A stretch of DNA of 63,984 nucleotides, filler included, from an uncultured Myxococcia bacterium (GCA_964617105.1; 3 parts of 3 records of this genome joined end to end with filler, not necessarily neighbours in it); one strand, 5' to 3'; counted from the first letter of the whole stretch, positions 1 through 12,102 are shown. The notes: generated from the sequence alone by a model not told the origin. Numbers and translations: made by a program.

Positions 1-1
1 G

Positions 2-520
2 ATAGCCCTCAATTCGGGTATTGCCGGAGGTGCGGACATAATTCTTATCCCGGAGATACCTTTTAAGATAAAATCTATTTGCCGCAAGGTCAAGCAGCGT
101 TTTCGCGATTCAGAGCCATATTGCATGGTGGTGGTGGCAGAAGGCGCAGCGGAAGAGGGTGGAGGATTGGTTGGCAATGAGCAGGCAGAGGCGCATCGGG
201 AGATAAAACTGGGCGGAATAGGTGACTATCTTGCTAAAATGATCAATCAGGAAACGGAAAAGGAGAGCCGCAGCCTGGTGTTGGGACATCTACAGAGAGG
301 TGGAACCCCAACCACTTTTGATCGGCTCATTTTTACCAGATTTGGCGCCGCTGCAACCCGACTGCTGAAAAATGGCGACTTCGGCAAGATGGTTTGCCTG
401 CAACCGCCCAGGATAGAAGCCATCTCTTTAAAGGAGGCCATATCCAGGATGAAGAGAGTTGATGTAAATTCCGATACGGTGCTCACCGCCCGGGAGTTGG
501 GTATTTCTTTTGGAGATTGA
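2..520 (+). CDS. pfkA: 6-phosphofructokinase, C-terminal part (5' end outside window)
   Basis: Frame open from position 2: IALNSGIAGGADIILIPEIP...VVVAEG...LGHLQRGGTPT, typical PfkA motifs. Confidence 0.9.
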   Translation: MALNSGIAGGADIILIPEIPFKIKSICRKVKQRFRDSEPYCMVVVAEGAAEEGGGLVGNEQAEAHREIKLGGIGDYLAKMINQETEKESRSLVLGHLQRGGTPTTFDRLIFTRFGAAATRLLKNGDFGKMVCLQPPRIEAISLKEAISRMKRVDVNSDTVLTARELGISFGD

Positions 521-523
521 GTG

Positions 524-1669
524 TCACAACCCTATAATATTTCTGGCAATCACCAATCGTTGGATCTCGCTGGTGCCTTCGTAAATGGTTGTGGTTTTGG
601 CATCGCGGAAATATTTCTCTACCGGAAAATCACCGGTGAATCCGTAACCACCATGTATTTGCACCGCCTTTATACAGGCCTGGTTGGCTACTTCAGAAGC
701 GAATAATTTGGCCATGGAAGCCTGGCAGGTACAACTGCCCTCTCCTTTATCCTTCAAATATGCGGCTCTTAAAGTTAACAACCTGGCCGCTTCTAATTGA
801 GTGGCCATGTCGGCCACCATCCACTGGATAGCCTGGTTGGCGCTCAGGGGTTTACCAAATTGAACCCGTTCGTTGGCATAGCGGGCCGCCGCTTCCAGGG
901 CAGCCTGGTGAAGGCCAATCGCTTGAGATGCTACTCCAATTCGGCCGCCGTCCAAAGCGGTCATAGCGATTTTGAATCCTTGCCCCTCTTTTCCCAGCAG
1001 TTGCTTTTTGTTGATGCGGCAGTCCTCCAGGCTGAGAGAAACAGTGTTAGAGCATTTTATGCCCATTTTTTCCTCTTCCCGGTCCACGCTAAAACCTGGG
1101 GTGTCTTTTTCTACTAAAAAAGCGCTAATCCCTTTGCCCCCTTTTATTTCAGGATTTCTGGCCATGACAATGGTGACTCCGGAGTATGCACCCGAGGTGA
1201 TAAACTGTTTAGAACCATTGATTATTAAATCATCCCCATCTTTTATATAGGTAGTTTTCAGGGAGGTGGCATCAGATCCAACACCCGGTTCAGTGAGGGC
1301 AAAAGAGCCGGCCGGGTAATCGCCGCTGGTTATTAGGGGTAAATATTTTTCTTTTTGTTCCTCAGTGCCAAAGTCGGCGATGGTTTCAGCAACCATATTG
1401 GTAACTGACATGGTTACCGCCACCCCGGCGCATTCCCGGGCGATTTCAGTCAAAGCCACGGAGAAAGAAACTATTCCGGCCTCGGAACCACCGTACTGGG
1501 AGGGGATATTGACGCCCATCAATCCTAACTCAGCCATTTGTTTGAGTACGGGAGCGGGAAAGATTTTTTCCCGATCCCACCTGGCCGCCTCTGGCCTTAT
1601 ATGGCGGCGGGAGAAATCCTGGGCGGTATCACGGACAGCAACCTGAATATCGTTAAGGGCAAAGTCCAT
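524..1669 (-). CDS. Acyl-CoA dehydrogenase
   Basis: FALTEPGVGSD, NGSKQFIT, GGRIGVA, QIHGGYG, IYEGTSEIQ; ATG 1669 has a GGAG RBS. Confidence 0.93.
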   Translation of the reverse strand: MDFALNDIQVAVRDTAQDFSRRHIRPEAARWDREKIFPAPVLKQMAELGLMGVNIPSQYGGSEAGIVSFSVALTEIARECAGVAVTMSVTNMVAETIADFGTEEQKEKYLPLITSGDYPAGSFALTEPGVGSDATSLKTTYIKDGDDLIINGSKQFITSGAYSGVTIVMARNPEIKGGKGISAFLVEKDTPGFSVDREEEKMGIKCSNTVSLSLEDCRINKKQLLGKEGQGFKIAMTALDGGRIGVASQAIGLHQAALEAAARYANERVQFGKPLSANQAIQWMVADMATQLEAARLLTLRAAYLKDKGEGSCTCQASMAKLFASEVANQACIKAVQIHGGYGFTGDFPVEKYFRDAKTTTIYEGTSEIQRLVIARNIIGL

Positions 1670-1738
1670 ATCATCTCCTATCAACTCAACTACGGTCAGT
1701 CTATAAAGACCAATAAAAATCCTTGTAATTATTGACGG

Positions 1739-2887
<1,149 letters not shown>

Positions 2888-2936
2888 GGCTGCTCCTTTC
2901 TGGTGTCCATGGTGGATTCTGAACAAAAATTTTATC

Positions 2937-3887
2937 TCATTTGCCGATTTCCGGCTCTGTTAATCCTTTTTTGCCTACAGTGTAGATATACAAAAGCGCC
3001 ATTCTCAAAGCCAGCCCGTTGGTGACCTGCTCAAGAATAACTGAAGCCGGGCAGTCAGCCACTTCGGGAGCGATCTCTACTCCTCGATTTATTGGCCCGG
3101 GGTGCATGATAATGGCATCGCTTTTTACCTTTTTTAACAGGTCTGCGCCCAGACCGAAAAAACGGGCGTATTCCCGCAGGCTGGGAAACAGGGTTTTACC
3201 CTGCCTCTCCAATTGGATTCTCAGCAAAATAATAATATCTGCCGAGGGGATCTCCTGACGCGAATTATGGGCTACTTTTACTCCCAATTTTTCCACCTGG
3301 GGTGGAATCATGGTGGATGGTCCCACCACAGTAACTTTCGCCCCCATCTTCACCAGGCAGCGCATGTTGGAGCCTGCTACCCGGCTATGGGCGATATCGC
3401 CGATCATAACTACTTTTTTCCCTTCTAAATCCGGTTTGTGTTCCAGTATAGTCATCAAATCCAGCAGCGCTTGAGTGGGGTGTTCGTGGGTACCATCGCC
3501 GGCGTTGATCACCGAAGCATCGATACATTTTGTCAACTGGAGAGGAGAACCGGAATGGGAGTGGCGGAAGATAATCAGGTCTGGATTCATGGCCATCAGG
3601 GTTTTGGCGGTGTCAAACAGAGTTTCGCCTTTCACCACGCTGGAGGAAGAAGCAGAAACATTGATAACATCGGCTCCCAATCGCTTACCGGCCAATTCAA
3701 AAGAGGTGCGGGTTCGGGTGGAGGGCTCAAAGAACAGGGTGATTACAGTTTGCCCCCTCAGGGTGGGAACTTTTTTTATGGCCCGGGAGGATAATTCCTT
3801 AAAGGAGTGGGCCTGTTCAAGAATATAGCTTATATCTTGTTTACTTAAATCGTCAATACTCAATAGGTGTTTATGGTCAAATATCAC
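2937..3887 (-). CDS. pyrB: Aspartate carbamoyltransferase catalytic subunit
   Basis: FFEPSTRTRTSFE, HEHPTQALLD, MHPGPINRG. Confidence 0.96.
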   Translation of the reverse strand: MIFDHKHLLSIDDLSKQDISYILEQAHSFKELSSRAIKKVPTLRGQTVITLFFEPSTRTRTSFELAGKRLGADVINVSASSSSVVKGETLFDTAKTLMAMNPDLIIFRHSHSGSPLQLTKCIDASVINAGDGTHEHPTQALLDLMTILEHKPDLEGKKVVMIGDIAHSRVAGSNMRCLVKMGAKVTVVGPSTMIPPQVEKLGVKVAHNSRQEIPSADIIILLRIQLERQGKTLFPSLREYARFFGLGADLLKKVKSDAIIMHPGPINRGVEIAPEVADCPASVILEQVTNGLALRMALLYIYTVGKKGLTEPEIGK

Positions 3888-3896
3888 AATGACACC

Positions 3897-4442
3897 TCAC
3901 TTAGTTGATATTACTACTACTTGGTCTTTTTCTGCTTCCGGGGTTAAATATACTTCAACCATCTCTTCTTTTTGGGTAACGACTTTTCTCCCAATATAGG
4001 TGGGCTCAATGGGCAGTTCCCGGTGTCCGCGGTCGATCATCACCGCCAGTTTAATGGCCCGGGCCCGACCGTAATCTATGAGACCTGATAGTGCTGCTCT
4101 TACAGTTCTACCGGTAAATATCACGTCATCTACCAGGATTACCACTTTGTCTCTGATATCGAAGTCTATCTCGGTTTTTCCCACTACCGGATTAGGAAAA
4201 CCGGTGCCAACGTCATCCCGGTAAAGGGTTATGTCGATAACCCCCATAGGAGGGATATCGCCTTCGTTCTGCTCGATTTTATCTGCCAGACGCTGGGCCA
4301 GGTAAACGCCGCCAGTCCTAATGCCGATTAGCACCAGGTCCTGAGTGCCGTTATTCTCCTCTAAGATCTCAAAGGTGATTTTATTGATCTCTCGCTCTAT
4401 CTGTTTGGCGGTGAGAATATTGGTAATGGTTTTTTCGGGCAT
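3897..4442 (-). CDS. pyrR: Bifunctional pyrimidine regulator / uracil phosphoribosyltransferase
   Basis: DITLYRDD, LVDDVIFTGRT, DRGHRELPI; directly upstream of pyrB. Confidence 0.95.
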   Translation of the reverse strand: MPEKTITNILTAKQIEREINKITFEILEENNGTQDLVLIGIRTGGVYLAQRLADKIEQNEGDIPPMGVIDITLYRDDVGTGFPNPVVGKTEIDFDIRDKVVILVDDVIFTGRTVRAALSGLIDYGRARAIKLAVMIDRGHRELPIEPTYIGRKVVTQKEEMVEVYLTPEAEKDQVVVISTK

Positions 4443-4480
4443 AATAACCTCTTAATTTCAGGGTTAATAAGTTTCTTGAA

Positions 4481-5359
4481 CTATCTGATTATCTTGAAAA
4501 ATCTGCCCCAGTTTATCCCGGTCCGTTCTGAACGGGAATACCAGATTATTATCGCTTTACCCTTGATATGATTGAGGGGTATCTGCCCAATGAACCTGCT
4601 GTCAGAACTATTGTCACGGTTATCTCCCATCACAAACACATGCCCAGGATTAACTTTTACCGGCCCAAAAGAGGAGTAATCGTTAAACACAATAATATTG
4701 TGCTTATCTGGTCCCAGGTTTTCATCAAGAATATTACTCTGAAGTTTTTGTCCGGTCTTTTCATCAACAAATTCAAAAAGACCCCTATCCAGATACTCTA
4801 TTTTTTGGCCGTTGATAAACAATTGATTGTTTTCCAGCAGCACTTCATCTCCTTCAACACCTACTACTCGCTTGATAAAATCAAGGCTCGGGTCGTTAGG
4901 ATTGATAAATACAATTATATCACCAGGTAGGGGCCGGCTAAATTCAAACAGTTTGTAAAAAGTAAAGGGAATTCGGATACCGTAGATAAACTTGTTAACA
5001 AACAGGTGATCGCCTACCACCAGGCTGGGGATCATAGAGCCAGATGGAATTTTAAAAGCCTCCAGCACAAAGGCCCGTAAGAGAAGGGCTATCATCACTG
5101 CCACCAGGAGCGATTCAATTCCCTCCCGCAAAGGACTTTTACGCAAGTTTTGGCAATTATCTTCTAAGAAGTTGCTTAGTTTTTTAAAACCAGAAGAGAT
5201 TTTATTGTCGTTTTTCTCGGCCAGGGCATTTTCCAAAAACTCAATATTTTGCTTTAAAAGATCAGTTTTGGTTTCGGACAAAAGGTTTCTCTTCTTTTTC
5301 AGTATCCTTTTAGCATCTTTAATGGTGTATTGGATAATCTTGATTTTATTTTTATCCAT
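4481..5359 (-). CDS. lepB: Signal peptidase I with N-terminal extension
   Basis: FKIPSGSMIPSL (catalytic Ser), FIKRVVG (catalytic Lys), MGDNRDNSSDSR. Confidence 0.95.
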   Translation of the reverse strand: MDKNKIKIIQYTIKDAKRILKKKRNLLSETKTDLLKQNIEFLENALAEKNDNKISSGFKKLSNFLEDNCQNLRKSPLREGIESLLVAVMIALLLRAFVLEAFKIPSGSMIPSLVVGDHLFVNKFIYGIRIPFTFYKLFEFSRPLPGDIIVFINPNDPSLDFIKRVVGVEGDEVLLENNQLFINGQKIEYLDRGLFEFVDEKTGQKLQSNILDENLGPDKHNIIVFNDYSSFGPVKVNPGHVFVMGDNRDNSSDSRFIGQIPLNHIKGKAIIIWYSRSERTGINWGRFFKIIR

Positions 5360-6281
5360 TAATTTGCCTGTTTTTAAAAAAATTCACTGTTTCTTCCAGT
5401 CCATTGGACAAATCTGTTTGGGGTTTCCAGCCAATCTCCAGCAAGGCTTTGTTAAAAGTTATCACACTCCGTTTTTGTTCGCCAGGAGGCATTTCCCGGT
5501 ATTTTTTGGCCTGAGACCTACCGGTCAATTTAGTCAGGTTATCGAATAGTTTGTTGATGCTGGTTTCATGACCGCTGCCTACGTTCAAACAACCGCAAAA
5601 GTTGGACTCTATGGCCTTTAAATTGGCTAAAGCCACATCTTTGACAAAAACAAAATCTCTGGTTTGGGTACCGTCACCGGTGATTTTGGCTTCTTCAGAG
5701 TTTAGCAATTTGTTGATGAAAATTGCCACAACCCCGGCTTCACCCAGGGGGTCTTGCCTGGGACCGAAAACATTGGCATATCTGAGAGCCACATAGGGAA
5801 GTCCATGCATCCTAAAAAAGTAATCCAGATATAATTCACCACCATATTTAGATAGCCCATAGGGGGAGGTGGGAGCGATTCTATGCTCTTCGGTGGCTGG
5901 AAAAAAGTATTGCTCACCGTAAATAGCGCCGCCAGTAGAGGCAAAGGTGATTTTTTTTACTTTTGCTTGAGAGGCTGCCAGGCACATGTTGATGGTGGCA
6001 ATAATATTCTGGTTGGCATTGAATACCGGATCGCTGACCGAATTACGCACATCAATATGAGCAGCGTGATGAGAGATAACATCGGGTTTCTCTTCAGTGA
6101 TCAGTTGGCAGAACTCTTTATCTAAGATATCCAGGTGAAAAAAACGGTAATCAGGGTTGATGTTTTCTTTTTTACCGCTGGAAAGATTGTCAACGATTAG
6201 TATTTCGTGCCCTTTTTCTGCTATTAGATCTGCCACGTTGGAGCCAATAAAACCAGCACCACCTGTAATCATTACTTTCAT
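5352..6281 (-). CDS. NAD-dependent epimerase/dehydratase (GalE-like SDR)
   Basis: TGGAGFIGS, YGLSK, LRYANVFGPRQ. Confidence 0.9.
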   Translation of the reverse strand: MKVMITGGAGFIGSNVADLIAEKGHEILIVDNLSSGKKENINPDYRFFHLDILDKEFCQLITEEKPDVISHHAAHIDVRNSVSDPVFNANQNIIATINMCLAASQAKVKKITFASTGGAIYGEQYFFPATEEHRIAPTSPYGLSKYGGELYLDYFFRMHGLPYVALRYANVFGPRQDPLGEAGVVAIFINKLLNSEEAKITGDGTQTRDFVFVKDVALANLKAIESNFCGCLNVGSGHETSINKLFDNLTKLTGRSQAKKYREMPPGEQKRSVITFNKALLEIGWKPQTDLSNGLEETVNFFKNRQING

Positions 6282-6427
6282 TTTTTATCCTCAAGTAAAA
6301 GGTAAAGAAAATGAGAGGTTAATATTAACAAAAACGAAAAAAATATCAACCTGATTTTGGGATCGGGGATTTCGACATTTCGAGATTTGAACAACATACA
6401 ATAAGTGGATTTGCCAATAGGCTTCTC

Positions 6428-8542
6428 TCACTGGATAATCCCGGCCTGGCCATTGGCCAAATTTTGGAGAAAATTGCCGTAGGTGGAAGCAGCCTCCTGT
6501 AAATTGAAGATGGCGAAATGGTCCTGGTTGGCGTATTGCCTGAGGCCTATGGTGCATTTGGTGCCGTTATCAGCGGTGATATTGTGTTGCAGCGGTGTTT
6601 TTTGGGGCCAGATATTTCTCAACAAAAGTCCGGGGATTTGTTTGGCTATGGGCTCCACCAGAGGAATAGCGCCAGCCACGACAAATGCTTCATTTGTATC
6701 AACCGGGATTTGTTGATCTTTCATCCCCTGGGTGATCAATAGATTGTGGCAACCATCTCCCGGAGCACGCAGGTGGTAATAGGGGGCATAGTTGATGGGA
6801 TCGGTGATGTCCACCAGCGTTTGTACCAGGTTCAGGACCGGGTGGAAGGTGGTCAAGGTATAGTTGGAGGGAATTTTGGCTACGGTTTTTAAAGCCACGC
6901 TCATATCGATAGGGTTTTTTCGTTTTAGTAAGGTTATAGAGAGCCCGCCGCCATTTCCAGAAAACACGCTTCCCAGAAAATTATGCTCCAGAGCCAGCAG
7001 CATAGAGCCGGTTATCCCGCCTTGAGAGTGACCCAAAAAGAGTAATTTGTCTTTATTGATGGTGATTTTTTGCTGGTTGGGCGATTGATTAGCCGGGATC
7101 ACCATATCGCCCTGGCGAATGGCTTTGAGCAAGAGAAAATTGTCTACCACCGATTGGCGAAAAATGGCTCGGGATGACTGGGGGTTGAGAAAGTTGAAAG
7201 TCATCAACTCCTGGTTGGTTCCATCTGGCGCTCTGGTACCGTGTATTGGCTGATCAATGCTCAAAATTGCCATATTTCTTTGGGTGATCATATTGGCTGG
7301 AGATAATTTATAGTTGGCGGCAAAGGATTTATAGCTGCCGCCAGTGCCATGGCTGTAAATAACCAGGGGCCAACCATTGGTCGGCATCGTATGTTTTGGG
7401 ACCGCCAGGGCAAAACGCAACTCCTCCTGCCGCTGCACAATTGGAACTCCGGCCTGGTCAAACTGAAATTGTCCTTCTTGAGAGTAAGGGGGCGTTCCCT
7501 TTTGAAAATTGGGGCTTTGGTATTTGCCTTCGATTAAATAGTAATTGCTGTGGGTGTTTGAGGATTCGATCTCAACTTTAGTTGGCTGGCTGTATTTAGT
7601 ATCGATAAAGTTTTTGATAGATTTTAACTGAGAAGTGATCTGCTGGGTGGTAAACAGGGTTGCCATGGCTATCTGATCCATATGCAATTGCCCCTTTTCC
7701 GCCAGCAGATTTATAAGAGGTTTATAGATATCGCCAAGTTTTTTAAGTTGCTCCAAATCCTGCCGGCAACCTTTTAATATCATTTGGAATAATCCTGGAG
7801 AGCCTATTTGGTTGCCCTGGGGATCTTTCAATTGACGCTTGATAACCAGGGCGTACCTGGTTGCAGGCTTGAGGGTGAATCCCCAAAAGGGTTGGATTGC
7901 CAGGGTATTTGGAGGCAGATAATCGTTTCCTTCCAGATAATAAAGGGTTTTTATGGGGATAAAATGTCCCCTCTCATTATCATCAGGCTCCACGTTTAGT
8001 AAAAATACAGGCGCTGAAAAATCGAGGAAAGTGGCCGGGTCATCGGGGATGCCACTGGCATCCAAAGGCGCTTCAAAGCGCAGGTAAATTACTGGATTGG
8101 TACTGAATCCTTTTAACTCCCCGGCTAAATTTATATACTTATCAAAAATGCTGTTGTTATGAGGATTGGGAAACTCATTAATATCAAGGTTGCCGTCCTG
8201 ATCACGATGTAGATCGTGGGGATAGGGCAGGTCAAATAGATGGTTACGACCTTTGGTAATAAAACTTATTTTGATTCCCTCCAGAGAGGATTTTTGAATT
8301 GCCTGGTCCAGGTCGGTGGGGAGTGAGTTGCAGAAGGTGGTGTTTTTTTCATCCAACCAGGCTTCAGGAGATGTCTCCACCTGTTGGCCATTGTTTTTAC
8401 CTCCTTCGTCGCTACCTACATAACCAGAACTCTCTGGTTCCGGATTACAGGCAGAGAATACTAAAAGGGTCAGGATTAAAAGAGGTACACAGAGTGATTG
8501 ATAAAAAGATAGACGTTTATCAGAATTTTTAGATGAGATCAT
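6428..8542 (-). CDS. Lipoprotein with alpha/beta-hydrolase (lipase-like) domain
   Basis: Lipobox-like VFSAC, HGTGG, GHSQGG nucleophile elbow, C-terminal DH. Confidence 0.75.
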   Translation of the reverse strand: MISSKNSDKRLSFYQSLCVPLLILTLLVFSACNPEPESSGYVGSDEGGKNNGQQVETSPEAWLDEKNTTFCNSLPTDLDQAIQKSSLEGIKISFITKGRNHLFDLPYPHDLHRDQDGNLDINEFPNPHNNSIFDKYINLAGELKGFSTNPVIYLRFEAPLDASGIPDDPATFLDFSAPVFLLNVEPDDNERGHFIPIKTLYYLEGNDYLPPNTLAIQPFWGFTLKPATRYALVIKRQLKDPQGNQIGSPGLFQMILKGCRQDLEQLKKLGDIYKPLINLLAEKGQLHMDQIAMATLFTTQQITSQLKSIKNFIDTKYSQPTKVEIESSNTHSNYYLIEGKYQSPNFQKGTPPYSQEGQFQFDQAGVPIVQRQEELRFALAVPKHTMPTNGWPLVIYSHGTGGSYKSFAANYKLSPANMITQRNMAILSIDQPIHGTRAPDGTNQELMTFNFLNPQSSRAIFRQSVVDNFLLLKAIRQGDMVIPANQSPNQQKITINKDKLLFLGHSQGGITGSMLLALEHNFLGSVFSGNGGGLSITLLKRKNPIDMSVALKTVAKIPSNYTLTTFHPVLNLVQTLVDITDPINYAPYYHLRAPGDGCHNLLITQGMKDQQIPVDTNEAFVVAGAIPLVEPIAKQIPGLLLRNIWPQKTPLQHNITADNGTKCTIGLRQYANQDHFAIFNLQEAASTYGNFLQNLANGQAGIIQ

Positions 8543-10728
8543 TTTATCATTCCTATTCCGGCATAAGATAAAGTGGATAAAAAGTCAGTGTACTTTGAAC
8601 TGGCATTGGCTGATTTGAACAGTAGTTGGTGATCTTCTCCGGAAAACTGCAAAAGTCCTCCGGTAGATTTATTGCCGGCAGCAATTTGCAAATTTTCGCT
8701 AACCGGTGGTTTCAAAGGGGACAAACCCCGTAGAAGCAGCATGGGAATATCAGCTACTTTTGGTTCTACCAGCGGCAATCCTCCGGCAATGGTCAAGGCT
8801 TCGATGGCTTTGGCCGGAGTGACGGAGTCGCTCATTCCTTCCATCAGCAAGACATTCCTGCCAATATTATCAAGGGAATAGCGGTAAAAATAGGGGGCAT
8901 AATTGATGGGATCAACAACTTCCGTTAGCATCTGAATCAACCCCATTACCGGATGAAAGGAGGTGAGGGTGTAATTAGGCGGAATTTGTGCCAAACTTCT
9001 AATAACCTGCAAGTAATTTACTTTTTGGTTTTGTTTCAATAGAGTAATTGATAATCCTCCTCCAACTCCGGTAAAAACTGCGCCTCTGATCCGGTTTTCT
9101 ACAGCCAGGGCCAAAACTCCGCCTATACCGCCATGAGATAAACCCAGAAAATAGATTCGTCCCCGGTCTAATTTAATCTCCAGGCCGTTGGGGGAGATGG
9201 AGGAGTCTATCTTAAATTTGCCGATTTTGATCAGTTTGGCCAGGGTGATAAAGTCGGCGGCTGATTGCCGGAAATTGGTTCTGAAGGCAACCAGATTATG
9301 CAGATTGATAGAAAATAATTCCCCGTCTGTACCTTGTGGAACCCGGGTGCCGTATAGAGGACTATCGATACTGATAACCGCAAATTTCTTAATCGCCAGT
9401 TTGGTGGCCGGTTGCAGGATATTGTTCTTGTTTTGAAATTCCAGGTAATCTCCACCACTGCTGTGGCCATAAATGGTGATTGGCCAACCTGAGGTGGGCA
9501 TGGTGCCTTTGGGGATAGAGATGGCGAAGCGGATATTATCCAGTTGCTGCAAAATAGGTTGACCCTGGCTGTTGAAATGAAAACCGCCCTGATTTTTGTA
9601 GGGGGGAGACCCTTTTTGAAAGTTGGGGCCCATGTAGGTGCCTTCAAATATATAGTAATAGGGGGTTTGACCGCTGTATTTAATGGAATTTACCTTACCT
9701 TGTTTGAAATCATCGTTAATATATTTCCTAACCTGAGCCAACTCTGGACTGATGGGTTGGGTGGTAAAGATGGTGGCTATGGCTATTTCATCTGGGTAAA
9801 ATTGATTTTTCTGCTTAAGGAAATCGGTTAAAGGTTGGTAGAGTTTTTCCAATATTGCCACCTGGGGGTGCGAAGTATACCGTCCCTGAAAAGCAGCCTG
9901 GAACAAACCGGGAGAACCCAGCCTGGCATTGTGGACATTATTGAACTCCCTTTTGACTACCAACGCGTATCGGGTGGAGGGCTTGAGGGGAAATCCCCAT
10001 ACCGGCTGAACACTCAGGGTATTGGAGGGGATGTAATCATCACTATATACCTGGAATTGCATTTGAAGGGGAATAAATTCACCCTGGTGTGGATCTCCTG
10101 GCTCTACGTTCAACAGGTAAATGGGCGAAGAGAAATCCATGGTATCTTTGGGTTTCATATGCAAAGTTGAATTTGACAGGGGTTGATCAAATCGCAGGTA
10201 GATGGGGGAATTGGTGCCAAAACCTTTGAGTTCCTGGTCAGCCAGGGAGATATAGTCGGAGAGGATTTTAATCCGTTTGGGGTTGGGGTAGTCGCTTATA
10301 TCGATATAACCACTACTTTTTCGTCTTTGGTCGTGGGGAAAAGGAAAGTCGAAAAAAGATTGAGTAAGGGCTGGATCGAAACTGGGCATACCACCCGACA
10401 AGGAGAGTTTTATTATTTGCTCATCCAGCCTGGCCGCAGTTTCTTCTCCCGCCGGGTAATCTTCTGCGGATTTTGAGTCAATATCCCCGCTATTGTCATC
10501 GGCAGGGAAAGCATCTCCATTACCAATATAATCATCAAGTTGTTCGTCTAGATCAAGGGGATTAGTTTCTCCCCCATCATTTTTTACCCCAGTCTGATCA
10601 TCTGCAGTTACTTCCCCACCATCTTTATTATTTACCATAGAATTGTTTTCCGGCTTATGTTCACCGCAGGATACAATTATAAACAGTAAGAAAAAGTAGA
10701 GAGAGGAAAAAAAAGATAAACTTTTCAT
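8539..10728 (-). CDS. Lipoprotein with alpha/beta-hydrolase domain; paralog of 6428-8542
   Basis: IIVSC lipobox, GLSHGG, shared blocks (PNFQKGxPPY, DPINYAPY, PPNYTLTxFHPV-like). Confidence 0.75.
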   Translation of the reverse strand: MKSLSFFSSLYFFLLFIIVSCGEHKPENNSMVNNKDGGEVTADDQTGVKNDGGETNPLDLDEQLDDYIGNGDAFPADDNSGDIDSKSAEDYPAGEETAARLDEQIIKLSLSGGMPSFDPALTQSFFDFPFPHDQRRKSSGYIDISDYPNPKRIKILSDYISLADQELKGFGTNSPIYLRFDQPLSNSTLHMKPKDTMDFSSPIYLLNVEPGDPHQGEFIPLQMQFQVYSDDYIPSNTLSVQPVWGFPLKPSTRYALVVKREFNNVHNARLGSPGLFQAAFQGRYTSHPQVAILEKLYQPLTDFLKQKNQFYPDEIAIATIFTTQPISPELAQVRKYINDDFKQGKVNSIKYSGQTPYYYIFEGTYMGPNFQKGSPPYKNQGGFHFNSQGQPILQQLDNIRFAISIPKGTMPTSGWPITIYGHSSGGDYLEFQNKNNILQPATKLAIKKFAVISIDSPLYGTRVPQGTDGELFSINLHNLVAFRTNFRQSAADFITLAKLIKIGKFKIDSSISPNGLEIKLDRGRIYFLGLSHGGIGGVLALAVENRIRGAVFTGVGGGLSITLLKQNQKVNYLQVIRSLAQIPPNYTLTSFHPVMGLIQMLTEVVDPINYAPYFYRYSLDNIGRNVLLMEGMSDSVTPAKAIEALTIAGGLPLVEPKVADIPMLLLRGLSPLKPPVSENLQIAAGNKSTGGLLQFSGEDHQLLFKSANASSKYTDFLSTLSYAGIGMIK

Positions 10729-10735
10729 AGTGATG

Positions 10736-11965
10736 TTAAGACTTTACAGTAGAAAATACTCCGTGCTTCTCTTCTAACTCTTCGTAATAATTTAATATAT
10801 TGTGGACATATTCCCGTTTTTCTTTGTAATTACCCGGGAAAAAACTGCGTTTGAAACCGTACATCACGATGTTACGTAACATTTTAGGAGAGAGGTCGAA
10901 ATTGGAGATGGCAATTTTTAACTCATTGGAGACAGTAGTATTGGATATCAACCGGTTATCGGTGCATATAGTGACACTCATGCGGTAATCCAGCATCTTA
11001 CGCAAGGTATGGTCATCCAGGTAGCGTAAATATGGATTAGTCTGCATATTGCTGGTAAGGCAAATTTCTATGGTGATCCGCCGGTCAGCAATATATTCTG
11101 CCAAATGCTGGATATATTGTTGCCGGTTGATATTTGGATTAGTGATAAAATGGGGGCTGAACAGATGGTAACAGTGACCGATCCGGTCGGCGTACAGATC
11201 GGTTATGGCTTGAAATATACTCTCCGGTCCGTAGGCTTCACCGGCGTGGACCGTTTTTTTTATGAAATTTTTATGGGCGTAGTGAAAGGCCTCGATATGG
11301 TCATCAGCCGGGTACCCATCTTCGCGGCCGGCCAGGTCGAAGCCCACAATGGGCAATCCCTCTTCGTCCCTTACTTTGACTGCCGCCAGGCACAATTCCA
11401 TGGAAGATAGCCCATAGGTTTTCTTCAAAGGTGAATAATGGTGCACTTCCAAAATTTTTTTATAGTATGGAGAAAAGTATTCGTTAAAATAGCGCATGGC
11501 GCATACAATAATACCGTAATGAAATTGGGGCCGTTTCTTCTCCTTTACCTCTTTTTGCCGATTAAAGCGGATTTTGGCCCTTTCCAGCCCTTTGCATACC
11601 GCCCGCAGTATTTCTGGAATAGTCAGGTCATTGTGAACATGAAGTTGGGGGGCAAATCTGACCTCAAGGTAGTAAACCCCTTCAGCGATATTGTCTTCCG
11701 CTAACTCAGTGGCAGCTCTCTCGAGAGCCTCCCTGGTTTGCAGCACTGCACAGGTATATTTAAATCCCTCTAAATAATCGTTAAGATCCATATAACGTTC
11801 TTTGAATACTGTTTCTTTTAATCCTTCCGTTGTTTCAGATGGCAACTCCAAACCCATCTCTTTGGACAGTTCCAAAAGGGTATTTATCCGTAAGGAACCA
11901 TCCAAATGGACATGCAGGTCGGTTTTAGGAATTTCATCAATAAATTTATCAGGAATATTAGCCAT
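10736..11965 (-). CDS. add: Adenosine deaminase family protein
   Basis: DLHVHLDGS, TVHAGEA, RIGH, CTDN. Confidence 0.9.
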   Translation of the reverse strand: MANIPDKFIDEIPKTDLHVHLDGSLRINTLLELSKEMGLELPSETTEGLKETVFKERYMDLNDYLEGFKYTCAVLQTREALERAATELAEDNIAEGVYYLEVRFAPQLHVHNDLTIPEILRAVCKGLERAKIRFNRQKEVKEKKRPQFHYGIIVCAMRYFNEYFSPYYKKILEVHHYSPLKKTYGLSSMELCLAAVKVRDEEGLPIVGFDLAGREDGYPADDHIEAFHYAHKNFIKKTVHAGEAYGPESIFQAITDLYADRIGHCYHLFSPHFITNPNINRQQYIQHLAEYIADRRITIEICLTSNMQTNPYLRYLDDHTLRKMLDYRMSVTICTDNRLISNTTVSNELKIAISNFDLSPKMLRNIVMYGFKRSFFPGNYKEKREYVHNILNYYEELEEKHGVFSTVKS

Positions 11966-12102
11966 ATTCTCTCCTGTAGATTGTGTCTATCCAGACCCAG
12001 ATTAATAGAGATTATCAGCATAACTCTTGAGGTGTTGATTTGTCAATCAAATATAAACGTGATATAATCAAGTTTTACCTTACAATATCCTGTGATTGCT
12101 CT

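Noticed and set aside
2937-4480. PyrR attenuator leader; pyrC missing after pyrB
   Set aside because: Intergenic gaps are too short for an attenuator; pyrC may simply lie elsewhere in the genome
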